DNA of 64,000 nt, taken from the NCBI GenBank assembly GCA_013265495.1, contig MU058423.1, forward strand, positions 4,820,793 to 4,884,792, in the 5' to 3' direction. Below the pieces are notes generated by a model. The model worked only from the letters and a program-made list of their open reading frames with translations. It was not told where the DNA came from and ran no database searches. The translations under genes were made by a program, and so were the position numbers. Each line of letters opens with the position of its first letter. Within the stretch, counting starts at the first letter, position 1. The stretch comes from Vicugna vicugna. Lineage: Eukaryota. Below, in pieces: positions 12,236 to 24,461 of this stretch.

Positions 12236-13834
12236 AACAGTAATTTTCAGACTTCTAATTCATGTTGAGTGGGTGTATCATTAGAAGGGAGGAAACAGGA
12301 GGAACAGGCGTGGCACATAGTAGGTGCTCAAGAAATACATGTTGAATGGGATTTTCAAGTGAGTTAGTGAAAATAGCAGGATAAATTTAATCCTATGTGT
12401 CAAAAAGTCGAATGATTGGGCTGGAGATCACTCTGAGGATGGGAGGTTTAGTGTAACAAAAATGAGGCTGAACTTTATTCTATTACAGAGTGGACCTATT
12501 AAAGATTTTAAGTTATAGAATGATACCTGTGGATTATATTACCTCTTTTGACATCCAAGCTAATCTCTACCACCACTGGTCCAGCTCAGGTTATCATCCT
12601 TTCTTACCAGCCATAATCTCCCAACTCATCACTATGTCTCTGATATTTATTTTTCAAATCCATCCTTCATCTTTCCACATATTGATATTGTAAAATATAT
12701 ATTGGTTCCTGTATTGTTGACTTTCTGCCCCACTGGCATTCCTATTTTGTATATATAAACCTGCCACCCACTGGCTCTGATTTTCAAGGTAAATAACAGA
12801 ATCTACTGAGGAAAGTTGTTATTATGGGATAAAGACTAATGCCTAATACAGAGTCAGGGACTTCTCTTTACTTATCAATTTATATGAAAAATTGATAGTT
12901 ATTTGTAAGGTTCATTCTCTCCAAAAATATGCTACCCTGATTTGCTATTCACTAAAAGTTCTTCAAGTGTAAGCACTTGTCAAAAGTTACCCATATTCTC
13001 TAATGATTTCACTTCATGATGACAAATGCTTGGCATTTTGTAGCTGGGCTTTGGGGGAGAGGCGTGAGGTGTACCATTAGTGCATGTATAATGGGTAGCT
13101 TGGCCAGCTCCCGTGTCAAGGTGTTTCTGACACAGCCCTGTAATTAATGGGAATGCACTTTCTGTGGTCTATGTCAGTACCTTGGCAATGACAGAAACAT
13201 ATGCCTTGTTTGATGAATCTGAAAGTGAGAGGAGGTGGGAGAAAACTTGTTAGAAAGCTTATTCCAAGTGACAGTCTACCCAGGGTGACATTAACGAGGC
13301 TTTAAGTATGTTGATGTAAATCAAGCCAGAAGCAAGGCCAGGGAAGACTGAAGAAGCTGTGGAAATGGCTGTGTTAGCGTCCCTCGGGCAGATGAAGCAA
13401 TGAGGTTGCTTTCAGCACAGAGCAAATTACCAGCCCCCCTTAGACGGTCAGCTAATGAAAGGCGGAAACATCCAACATCTGCCATCATAACCTAATGACG
13501 TGGACATCCAGGCCATAGTGAGGGGAATTCACCAGTGAGATGGCTGGTGGCCTAAGTCAGAAACCCAGAAGCCATCCTCCTTCTCTCCCTCCCAAAAGCC
13601 AATCATTACAATGTGCCGTAACATAAAAAAAAAAAAAATTCTCAAATCTGACCCTGCTTCTCTATTCCTTCTTCAACTGTATACTCTTGGCACACATGAA
13701 ATCGTCTTCTAAATGGTCATTTGTTTTCACCATCCCCCCACCCCTTCCCCGAATCCAGCTACTAAAAGGCTACCAGGCTGACTTGGCTTAAAAAGTCCTC
13801 TGGAGCAACACCCTGACTTCAGCACAAAATTAAT

Positions 13835-14010
13835 GGCTGCTGTTTGTTGTGTGCCTATGTGCCAGGCACACAGTAAGCCTGCAAGGTAGAATGACTATCT
13901 CCAATTACAGGCAAGGAAACTGAGCCACGGAGTAGTTAAGTGAATTATCCATATGCTCAAATCTCTTAAAAGACTTACTTGGAATCGACTACAGGTAGTT
14001 TGTCTCCAGG
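13835..14010 (-). mobile_element. MIR SINE
   Basis: 'gtgcctatgtgccaggcac', 'ttacaggcaaggaaactgagccacggagtagttaagtga'. Confidence 0.75.
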
Positions 14011-14329
14011 TCCTGTGCGTCTGTACGCGACGTAACAGTCCTTTCTAAGATGGCAAACAGACGTCTCGTGATCAAGCCTCTAGCTCCTTCTCCTATAAAT
14101 TACCTGCACACCACCGCACCCACCCTAAATTCCAGCAGCACCCACTGCAACCCCTGGGGCATACAAGGCACTCCCTCATCCACATGTTTTCTTTAAACTA
14201 TGATGTTGCCCTAGGCTGTCATCTTCCCTTCCCCTTTTCTACCTGGTTTATATCTTCCCAAGTGTTACTTCTTGGAGGAAGCCCTCCTTTTCACCTCTCC
14301 CTAGAACTGAATTTATAGTAAAGTGCCAA

Positions 14330-14475
14330 GTAACTTAACATCCTGGATGCCCTGAATCAGAATCAATTGGATGATTGCTTAAAAAAAAAAAGTTTATTTC
14401 TGAGCATCTCCTAGATTCTGTCATTTTAAACTCCCCAGGTAATGCTTCTTCACATTAATGTTTGAGAACCACTGG
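14330..14475. mobile_element. MER5-type hAT-Charlie fragment
   Basis: 'ctccccaggtaatgct...gtttgagaaccactg' terminus. Confidence 0.6.
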
Positions 14476-14489
14476 TAGTGACTGTATGT

Positions 14490-14700
14490 CTGGGCCATAG
14501 AATTAGGCAATAGAATTAGTCCAACTTTCAGCTTGGTCACTTACTGTGTGGCCAGGGGTTGGTTACCTAAACTGTGTGAACACAGTTTTCTTCGGGTATA
14601 AAACAGAGCTGTGAACCGTCGAGAACAAAGTGACAAAATGCATGCAAAGTGTTTTGCAGGAGCACGGCAGAAACTCGGTGATGCCAGCTGTTGCTATTCT
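14490..14700 (+). mobile_element. MIR SINE
   Basis: 'tcacttactgtgtggcc...ttacctaaactgtgtgaacacagttttc...atgcatgcaaagtg'. Confidence 0.65.
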
Positions 14701-15287
14701 GGTCCTTTGTTTACATAGTGCTTTGCTAATACCGCTGCTTTGGAGGTCCTTGTACTTCTATGCAGTGTTGGGTTATCAAGTATCTCCCGTATTGGACTGA
14801 AGAGAAGAGAGACGCTAATCTCCTTCAGCTCTGTGCTCCCAGATACCCAGTGCAGTTACTCGAGGTGCTTAACACACTAGCTCAATGCATGATTAAATAA
14901 TTTTTGAATGCCCTACTTTTGTTTCAAAACAAAAGAACTTTCTAATCAAAATTTAAAATAGAGCCATGGGATGGAAGGAACCCAATTCTCTATAAATGAC
15001 AGGCCATACATTTAAAAACATGTTAGCTTGGATTTTATTTTACAGCAGCTTTGATGTAAGATATATTCACTGGTGAAAATTTGGAACTTGGCAAAAATAT
15101 TCTTTCACCTAACTTATATTTAGGGAAAGCCTACTAGGTGATCTTCTAGACAATGGAGATACAGCCGTTTTTAAATTAGGCCAAAAAAAAATCCTTTTCC
15201 CATGATGCTTACAAGCCAATGAATGTGTTGGGAGGGAGAGGGGGCAGACAATACATACACAGATACACAGATAAATAAATCACATCA

Positions 15288-16174
15288 TGTGTTAGATTTC
15301 TATTGCTGGGTGAAAAATTACTCCACACTTAGTTAGCAGCAGTATGTATTTATTCATTATCTTGCCGTGTCCACGGGCAGGAGTTTGGGCATGGCCTAGC
15401 TGTGTCTTTCATAGGGTTACAGTCAAGGTGTTGGCTGTGCTGCATTCCTGCCTAGAGCTTGGGGTTCCCTCCCAAGCTCACATGGTTGTGGGCAGCATAC
15501 TGTTGCCTGAAGCTGTAGGACTGAGGTCCCCCTGTCCTTGCTAGCTGCGACCAGAGACCTCCCCACTCTGGGCTCCTAGAGACCCCCAGTGTTTCTTGCC
15601 ATATGATCCTTTCACAGCCTCTCACAAACTGGCAGCTTCCTTCTTCGAGGCCATCAGGAGACTTTCGTGTTCCGCTCTGCTGAGGAGTCCCTAATAACAT
15701 AACTTGGTGAAGGAAGTGACATCCTGTCACCTTTGTATTTTCTATTGTCTAGAAGCAAGTCACAGGTCCTGCCTGGATTCAAGAGTAGGGGTTTGTTCCA
15801 GTTACAAGATATACAAGTAGGAGCGATGTAACGCGCTACATGATGACCACAGTTAACACTGCCATAGGATATAGAGGAAAGTCGTTAAGAGAGTAGACCC
15901 TAAGACTTCTCATCACAAGGAAATTTTTTTTCTTTTCTTTTTATTGTGTCTATAGGAGACGATGGATGTTAACTAAGCCTATTGTAATAATTTAACAATA
16001 TATGCAAAGCAAACCATCACGCTATACACCTTAAACTTATACAGTGACGTATGTCAATTATTTCTCAATAAAACTGGAAGATAAACAAATAAATAAAAAT
16101 CAATTTTAAAAGGGACGGGTTTTATACTTAAATGTGATTCACTGGGTGTCATGTTAGAATTGTGCTTACCGACA
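15288..16174 (-). mobile_element. MLT1 (E/F-like) MaLR LTR, split by an L1 insertion
   Basis: Starts 'tgtgttagatttctattgctg'; contains 'cccaagctcacatggttgtgggcag', 'gctgtaggactgaggtcccc' and 'agaagcaagtcacaggtcctgcc'; resumes after 16121 and ends 'cttaccgaca'. Confidence 0.8.
15794..16109 (+). mobile_element. 5'-truncated L1 (L1MA-type) 3' UTR with A-rich tail
   Basis: 'ttaagagagtagaccctaagacttctcatcacaag', 'tacaccttaaacttatacagtgacgtatgtcaattatttctcaataaa' plus A-rich tail. Degenerate TSD aagagtaggggtt / aagggacgggtt. Confidence 0.8.
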
Positions 16175-17034
16175 TACACGCCATGTCAGTTGGTGATGAG
16201 TATTATAAAGAAAAATAAAATGGGCAGACAAGATTTGTCAAGGTGATGGAGGTGCAGGTGTTGCTGTGTGAATGAGCGTGGGCAGGGGCAGAAAAATTCC
16301 TCTTTGTTATTTTGGTTAATGTACATTTTATACATTTTCTTAATCGCTTCTAACATAAATGATATATCAATCAAAGGATGTAAAAAACTGATAATATGTT
16401 GGAGCACTTAGTAAAACTGAGTTAAAATAATTAGAACGATTATATGACAGTCTTCTCTCTCCAGACAAATCTGAGAGCAGAAAAGAAGTAGCTCACACAA
16501 TAAAATTAACGTTTTGGAAATCAGCCTCACACAAAAGGAGAACAGTACAAATGAGCGCCTTTCTCCTCAGGGAGTTTCATTCATCAGTTAAGAATGTGGC
16601 TTTCTTCTTTTATGACTTGTAATTCATCTCAGAAAGTTCTTTATTCCCAGGAGGAACCGTGCTTTACTCATTCCTACTCACTGTGGGGTTGGATCCCTAT
16701 GAAACAGTTACTTTTAGTCAACAGTTTATACTCTTAATGTGTTTCTTAAGAATTATCATTGGTTAACCCACCCGTCTTTACAAAATCTGCTTATACCCCA
16801 ATCAAATGAGAATCTCAAAAGCTGTTAACCTTCTAAGAGTGAATTTGTCTTTATAGTAAGTTTTCTTTCTGGTTGAGACGGGGAGGGGGAGCAACAAGAA
16901 ATGTCTGAGCCTTGTGTTCCACGTTAAGACGTCATAAATGGCCACAGAACAGTCATCAGGGACGTCTCCCCAGCAACACTGAAGACTTCTGCCTTTTTGC
17001 AGGAGCAGTGACTATTCTTTCCACTCCTGGTTTT

Positions 17035-17378
17035 TGTCTTCGTCTGTTCGGGCTGCCTTAACCAAAAATACCATGAACTGGGTAGCCTTTAAACAACATG
17101 AATTGATTTCTCGCAGTTCTGGAGGCTGGGGGAAACTGAGGGCATGGCACTGGCAGACTCGGTGTCTGGTGAGAGCCCACTCTCTCACAGAAGGCTGTCT
17201 TCTACTCAACCCTCACGGGGAAGGGGAAGGGACATCTCCTGGGCCCCTTTCATAAGGGCACTGATTCCATTTCCGACCTGATCACCTCCCAAAGGTCTCA
17301 CCTGCAAATACCCTCACGTTGGGCATTAGGTTTTTAGCAAATGAATTTGGGGCGTTTACAAACATACAGACCACAGCA
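17035..17378 (-). mobile_element. MLT1A-type MaLR solo LTR with 5-bp TSD
   Basis: TG...CA ends ('tgtcttcgtctgttcgggctgc...cagaccacagca') flanked by perfect GTTTT at 17030-17034 and 17379-17383. Confidence 0.92.
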
Positions 17379-17859
17379 GTTTTCTTGTTCTTGGGTGGTA
17401 TGGGTATTTTGATCTGTGTAGGAGGATCTTCCTGGGGATGAGGGTGTGGATACAAGAAGGTGAAACTGAAACCAGTTAATTTTGCTACCAATTATCCGTA
17501 CCAATCAATGGCTAGATAAGAATAAAGATAACCCTAAAAAGAAATTTTGATTTTTACCTTCAGCTTTTAATTATCTGTTATCTGTCTACGTTATAAAAGT
17601 TAAATTAAAGGACTACTAATTATTTTGTACAATGTCTGTGGTAGCATGGTACTCAGTTTTCCAATTTGATAAGCAGACACAATGCAGAATGTTACACCTT
17701 TTCTTCTGAAGTACACCGTGGAGGGGGCGGGTTTGACCTGGTGAACAACGTCTGCTTAAGCATGAATTTCTCTGAGGTTTTACATTGATGTTCAAAATGG
17801 ACCTAATTCTTTTAAATACACATACTTTCATAAACCAGCACTGTTATAACTTACTTGCC

Positions 17860-18774
17860 ATCACTGCAAGGGAAAATCACGCCTCTGTGGGTCCCCTCTC
17901 CTCTCAGTTCTCTGCTTCACTTCTGGCACTTCTGTTCACCAAATGTGCGGTGGTTTTTCCCACACAGAACAATTCTCAGATTCTGAGGACACCAGCTGGT
18001 TGTCCTGTAATTAACGCGATTCTGACACTATCTACCTGGAGAGAGTGACAGACCCCACAGGTTAAGGGCTCGGTCCCACAAGACTGTCCCCTCTCTTCAG
18101 ATGCCAGTTGCAAGCCCAGGTTGTCACCTGTGCTTCTGAAAGTCCAGCGATCAATCGCAGGTTTGCCTGCGCTCCTCCTCAGGTTCCATTCATTTGCTAG
18201 AGCAGCTCACAGAACTCAGGAAAACAATTTACTAGATTACCGAGTTATTACAAAAGGATAGAACTCAGGAACATCCAGGTGGAAGAGACACATAGGGATG
18301 GGTCTGGGGAAGGGGGAAAGCGTACACGGCTTCCGTGCTCTCTGGGAGCCACTCTCCCGGAAGCTCCACGTGTTCACCAACCCAGAAGCTCTTGGAACCC
18401 TGTCCTTTGGGCTTTTATGAAGGCCTTATTACACAGATATATTTGATTAAGTTATTGGCTGTACGTGATTTAGCTCAATCTCTAGCCCCTGCTTCATGGA
18501 GATCAGGGGTGGGGAGCTGAAAGTTCCAATCCTCTGATTCTGGTTGGTTCCTCTGGCAACCAGCCCCATCCTTCAGTTGCTGAAGGACTTTCCAAAAGTC
18601 ACCTCGTTAACATAAATGCAGGTATGGATGAAAGCCGCTTGTTACGAACAGAGACAGGCACCTGCATCCGTCTCATCGTTTTGGAAATTCCAAGAGTATT
18701 AGGAGCTTCATGCCAGACATGAGGACAAACAAAGACCAGATATGTGTTTCTTACTCTAAAGCACAATTATCGCA
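17860..18774 (-). mobile_element. MER21-family LTR (MER21B-like)
   Basis: 'caccagctggttgtcct', 'attctgacactatctacctggaga', 'cccacaggttaagggctcggtcccacaagactg', 'ctggcaaccagccccatcct', ending 'cacaattatcgca'. Confidence 0.88.
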
Positions 18775-19689
18775 GTCGTAACACACACACGCACAAATCA
18801 GCAGCCCTGGTGAAGGGACTAAAGCATGGAGTGCAACCGACAGAACACATGCCACTAAGTAATGCAGTTTTATAGAAACAGTAAGAGCCTTCCCGGGCAC
18901 CACTTGCATGATCAAATTGCTGATAGCAAGTAAACAAACCTAGGTATTGTAGACATAACCTTCTACCTGCTGTTAGTTTTTTTTCGCAGTATCTATTTCA
19001 CAATGTATTATTATCACTGTGGGTAGACTGACGAAATGTACCAACAATTAGTATGCAGCATGAAAAATTAGATGTATGAAAGCCTTTCTGAGGAGAATTC
19101 ATTCAGATCATTAATTCTTTTTCTCCCAGGGAGGCAGTTAATATGTACCAACCCAAGGTGATTTGGATGGTCTCTAGGTCAACTCTCTTTCTCTTTTTCC
19201 CTTGTGCTCACTTTTTCTTCTCTCTGCTTATCACTTGTATCTCACAATGTGAGCCCTAACCTTTGCTCTTACCCCATGAATTGTGTTGCCATTTTAATAA
19301 ATGTTTCTCCAGTTTCTTTTTTGTTCATATTTCTATTGCATTTATTGAATAATTCTTCCTCTGTTTGCGTGTATCCCATTTACATCACCACTTGCATTGT
19401 TATGCCCTCAGTTATTTTCCTTTTCATCCTCAGTGTTCTTTTCTTCTTTAGTTATTTCTGCTCTGGTTTATTTGTTTGCCAAAAGAAAATCCTGCATTCA
19501 GTATTTATTAGTTTCTATTTTTTAATAAACATATCTTGCCACATTAATGTATTAGAACAGATTCTTGCTTAGCAAAACTTAATTGCAGTTCAAAAATCAT
19601 TAGCTTTCTTCATTCCTATTTAATATAAATTTTATATATGAAAAAAGTTCAATATATGGTGGGAGCTCTACTAAGCCTTCTGAACAGAT

Positions 19690-20195
19690 GTGCAATCATT
19701 CATTTACTTAACAAATGTACAATGTCTCACCATGGATCGTGTGCTTTGCTAGATTCAGGGAGTTCTACTGTGAACCCATCAGAAATAACTTTCTTACACA
19801 GAGCTTATAGGCTAGTAGAGAAAACAGACATTGGTCAAGTTATTGAACTAGTAATTATATGAATAAAGATTTGGTAAATGTTACAGGGAATGAGTCACTT
19901 CCCACACATACTACTTTTCTCCTTATTCTAAACAGGAAGAAATTAGCCTAACCCCCTTTTTCTGCCTTTTTGTTTTTGTGTGTGTCTTGCAAAATCCTAT
20001 AGAATCTTATAGGTCTCTTTTGTAACACTTACTACAAATATAACTCAACCGTCAACTGTGCAATTAGTTGAGTAAAGGCTCTCCCTAAAACATACTTTTC
20101 AAGACTGCAGGAGCCATCCTGATTCCCCAGTGTCTAACAATAGTACCTCGCACTGAGTAGGTCTATTATAAATGCTTGCTGAAGGAATGAATGAG
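19690..20195. mobile_element. Two L2 3' fragments in opposite orientations
   Basis: Antisense 'tcattcatttacttaacaaatg...agagcttataggctagtagagaaaacagaca', then sense 'ccccagtgtctaacaatagtacctcgcactgagtagg...aaatgcttgctgaaggaatgaatga'. Confidence 0.65.
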
Positions 20196-20554
20196 CCATA
20201 TTGATTATCTAAAGCAATCCTGTGAGATGTGACCTCCGATCAGACCTTTTCTCTGTTGCCTTTTCAGGAACGCATTTTAATGTCTGCTGGAACACTGCCT
20301 CCTAATGGGATAGCTGAGTCTGGGAGGCCGGGTGTAAAATGCTGCAATTTATTTGTTTAGCAGATATTGTCTACCTACGGGGCTCGAAGCTGGTCCTAGA
20401 AGTTGTGGTGAATACAAAATAAATATAAAACAAAGGATCTTGAAAGCCTCAGCTCCTAGGCTTTGATTGATTACTGTGTAGGATAGGTGGGAAGTTAAAT
20501 GTTCTTCCCCCTTGCATTTTAGAAATTGAAAAGACATTGAAACTGGCTTGAAAG

Positions 20555-20851
20555 CACAGTTCTCAAATTTTCAGACTCAGGATTCCTTTACATTCTTCAA
20601 CATTTTTGAGACTCTCAAAGTGTTTTGTCATGTGAGTCGTATTTACAGATTTTTTTCTGTTAGAAAATAAAACAAAATTTAAAAATAACTCATTTTTAAA
20701 AACTGCAATAAGCCCATTACATGTTAACATACGCAGCATACTTTATGAATAATAACGACATTTTCCGAAAGAAAACAAAAACAAGAGTGGCATTGTTTTA
20801 CATTATTTGCAAGCCTCTTTAATGTCTGCTGGACAGTAGACAGTTGAATTC
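20555..20851. mobile_element. Charlie1-type hAT DNA transposon terminal fragment
   Basis: 'cagttctcaaatttt...ctcaggattcctttaca', 'cccattacatgttaacata', 'aagagtggcattgttttacatt...ctctttaatgtctg'. Confidence 0.85.
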
Positions 20852-20989
20852 CCACAGAGGAAGAAAGAATAAAACCTTGTAGTTTAAATGAAGTTATAGA
20901 TGCATGCTGATTAGCTTCTTGAGCCTGTTCTGTTATCTGGTGATGCCGAATCGTCAAACAGAATGTTGCTGACGTCACTGGATGACCGA

Positions 20990-21220
20990 ATGGAGCAGGT
21001 GTGAAGTGAGAAAGTTACAGGTTTCAGAGTCATAGAAATCCACCTTCAAGTTTCAGCTTCATGAATGCATTAGCAGTATTTACTTAAGAAAGTTACTCTG
21101 AGCCTTAGTTTCTTCATTTGTAAGAGAGGCAGTATTGCTTAAATTAAACGGTACTTGATGAAATTAAGTGAAACAATGTATATGAAATGGCTTGGCATAT
21201 AGTTTGCTCTCAGGAGATGG
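20990..21220 (+). mobile_element. MIR SINE
   Basis: Core 'ctctgagccttagtttcttcatttgtaa'. Confidence 0.75.
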
Positions 21221-21716
21221 TGAATTTTTTTCCTTTCTCTCCCCAGTCCCCAAACCCTTAAATAACTTAGTAGAATTGAAGCGTGATCGTCATTTTATTT
21301 GCAAGTGCAGTTGATCATTCTGTGCATTAGACATTGTTTCTACTAGGCATGCTGTTGACCGTTTTATAAAATCTTTTGTATAATTTCATAATATAAATAT
21401 CATCATAATGATGATGTCTTTGAGTCTTTGGGAAATGTCAATTTCCCAATTGCAATTACTCTCCAGATTCCTGGTATCCAGTTGGGCAGACAAGACTCAT
21501 AGGCTGGAAACCTCAAGAACCCATAAACCTATAAGCAAGTGGGAAGACAAAGTACAAAGTACAAAGCTTATATCAGAGCTGAAGGATTATGAAGTAAAGT
21601 GATTTAAACCCAAGAGGTCAACCTCCAGAGATCCCAATGGGGATGATCTGAGCGTATTAAATATACACGTCCAGCACAGACGGCTGTGTATGTGAAGGGA
21701 TTTCAGTGCTCTGAAC

Positions 21717-22005
21717 ATGGCAGAGCATCAGATGAGAGCACGTTCATTGAAACATCGAGTTCTAATTTCTACTGCTGCCCTTAGGAGTCATGTAACCTTC
21801 AGTAATTAATTAACTATTCAGAGCTTCATTTACTTACCTCGTGGAATTGTGGTAAAGCTTGTCATTATCTGCAAAATAGTAATAATAATAATGCCCGTCC
21901 ATCAGGTTGGTGCAGAGGATTACATGTTACACTGAATGAAAGACCTCAGCTCTGTGATAGGCACACAGTAAACACTCAACAACTATTAGTCATCATTACT
22001 GTTAT
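21717..22005 (+). mobile_element. MIR SINE (near full length)
   Basis: 'atctgcaaaatagtaataataata', 'ggcacacagtaaacactcaacaactattag'. Confidence 0.75.
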
Positions 22006-22559
22006 TGTTTTGGGTGTACATCCCTCTCGGAGAACACAGATTGGCGGTTGTGTTTCTTGAGTCGTTCAGGGCAATCCTAATTTATACTTTTGTAGACTTT
22101 TGTCACATGATGTCCCAGGTATCCCAGTTTTTTAAGATCTACTCTTGACAATGAGATAGCCGGAACAAAATGTCATATCAAATAATGGAGCCACATTGTG
22201 GATAAGTATTTTTTATTATCTGAGCAGCCTGTTCTATTCTCTCATTCTGCTCCAATGAGAGGCTTCCCAGCTCTCCCTTCATTGGCTGGATAACTCCTGC
22301 CAGCTCTGCAGGACATTATAAATGAGGGACGGGGTGAGGATTTTAGGCTCTGGAGTTAATTGTTTCCAACATCTGGCCTTCATCACCCTGCATTTCTAGC
22401 TCTGAAACAAGTTTAGGTTTCTATGCTAGTTTCCCTCTCTCCTGTCTTCCCCTTGAATGTGGCCTTCAGCTTTCCACCCAAGAACATGTCTTGGTCAGAT
22501 ATGCATACTCCGTGTGCACCGGAATGCTGTTGACCAAGGGTTCACGGCTGCCTACTCCT

Positions 22560-22932
22560 CACCATCACTTTCTCTTGACCAAACTCCAGTCGGGCTTCTC
22601 TCCTTCCTACGGACCCCCAAGCCCAGCTCAGCCCACAAGCCCAAGCAGGCAGGAAAAGTGGGGCCTGTTCCTTATCCCTGTCGCCTGGGACGCAGCAAGG
22701 CACTTTTCTTGTCATACGCAGTCAGTCATTTCTCCTTGCTTGTCCGACTTCCCTTAAAAAGATTCTGCTTATCTTTGCTTACCCTTTCTTACCTTATAAA
22801 AGAAAAGCTTTTATCTGTTGATTTTGAAGTGCTTGCAGATTTCTGAGACTGAAGTTTTGTCCCTAATTGCAATAGTCTTTCTTCTGAATAAAGCTTCTTC
22901 CTGTCCAAGTTCAGATTATTTTTATTTTGACA
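22560..22932 (+). mobile_element. ERV1-class solo LTR (MER31/MER67-like)
   Basis: 'ctcttgaccaaactccagtcgggct', TATA-like 'cttataaaag', 'attgcaatagtc', AATAAA at 22887-22892, ending 'ttttgaca'. The 5' limit is uncertain and may extend to about 22400. Confidence 0.7.
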
Positions 22933-24185
22933 ACATCTTGCTTCTAGTCTCCTGGGAAACTCCCCAGTTTTCCTTGTCCTTGCAGCCCTCCATCCCTTTC
23001 CCTCAATGTCGTAATGCCTTCACTGATTCTTAACAAAAATACCCAGAAACATTTTTCGTAAGTCTTGTTGCCTTGATCCTGAGTGGATGAGCCTGGGTCA
23101 TTAGATAAAATATTGGTGTTAACTTTAGAACATATTTCCTTTCAAACTAATGAAAATCGCCATCTTACATGGAGCAAAAGTCTAAACATCTTCCCAAGTT
23201 CAAGGGGAAGTATTGTGTGGTTTAATGTAACTATCCACTGGCTGTGTATGGGGTGGCCTGCAGGCACAAAAAGAACACAAGGCAGTCTATTTTGTCAGCT
23301 CATCCTTTCATTTACTCTGCTTAAATCTGCCGATTAAGTTAAAGTAGTGTTTTGTAGGTGAATTTCCACACTGAACCTAGTTAATATGTTGGTTCCTGTG
23401 CTTATTATGTAGGAATCACTGCTTTCTTTTTCTATCCCCATTGGGGTTATTAACATGTCCCAATTCAGTATTATCTGAATATGACATGCGTGGCTTTCTC
23501 TTCGCTTTTAAACAACAAACAAGAAGGTTAAATCACCAATATTTCACCCTGCCCCCATTATGCCCTACCTGCTCCTCTTTTCATCTGGATTCAGTTTAAT
23601 TATTTCCTTTGCATAGTGTCTCACCGTGCACAAGTATTTAGACCCTGGCATTCTGTTTTTTAAATGTTTATACTATTCTTTTGAGCCGTACTTGTCATAA
23701 CAAAGCCCTCTGGTCTTGCCTGGTCCCTCCTCACTGACCGCCGGCAGGTTCCTGTAATATACACACATCTCATCTTCACTCTCGCAGCATATACCCATCC
23801 AGCTCTCTTTCCTTAGTCCATTGCTTTAACTTTTTTCCAAACATCTTTGATATGTTTGAAGTTGTTTCCTTCCAGGATTATACATTTATATTGCAAATAT
23901 TTTTTTTTAATCACTTAAGATTCTCTGCCTGAATGCTTTTAGCTTCCTGGTAAACTTCTTAGGTTTTCAGAAAGATTTTTGAATCATTTTCCCCAAATTC
24001 ATTAATTCTTTTAAATCCAAAATGACCAATGTTTTAAATTAATGTATTTTCCTTCTTGTTTTATTTTTCTCATATGTCTTTGTTCATATGTTCCTGATAT
24101 GGTCCATTATCATGATCTCTAAATCAATTAGAAAATAATAACAGTTACTATTTAAAAAAACATTTAGTAGAAAACAGTATTTTCT

Positions 24186-24461
24186 TTTTTTTTTTTAATT
24201 TTTTAAATTGAAGTACAGTTAGTTACAGTGTGTTAACTTCTGGTGTACATCACAATGTCCCAGTCATGCATATACATACATATATTTGCTTTCATGTTCT
24301 TTTTCATTAAAGGTTATTACAAGATACTGAATACATTTCCCTGTGATATGCAGAAGAAGCTATTTTTAAAATCTATTTTTATATACAGTGGCTAACATTT
24401 GCAAATCTCCAACTCCCCAATTTATCCCTTCCTAACCCCTTTCCCAGGTAACCATAAGATT
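24186..24461 (-). mobile_element. 5'-truncated artiodactyl/camelid L1 3' end with 16-bp TSD
   Basis: Poly-T, then 'attgaagtacagttagttaca...tctggtgtaca...ggtaaccataag'. TSD gaaaacagtattttct (24170-24185) / gaaaacggtattttct (24462-24477). Confidence 0.92.

Noticed and set aside
19655..19735. Tail-to-tail L2 ends as a possible miRNA hairpin
   Set aside because: Only the outer 'atggtggga / tctcaccat' pairs; the interior is poorly complementary.
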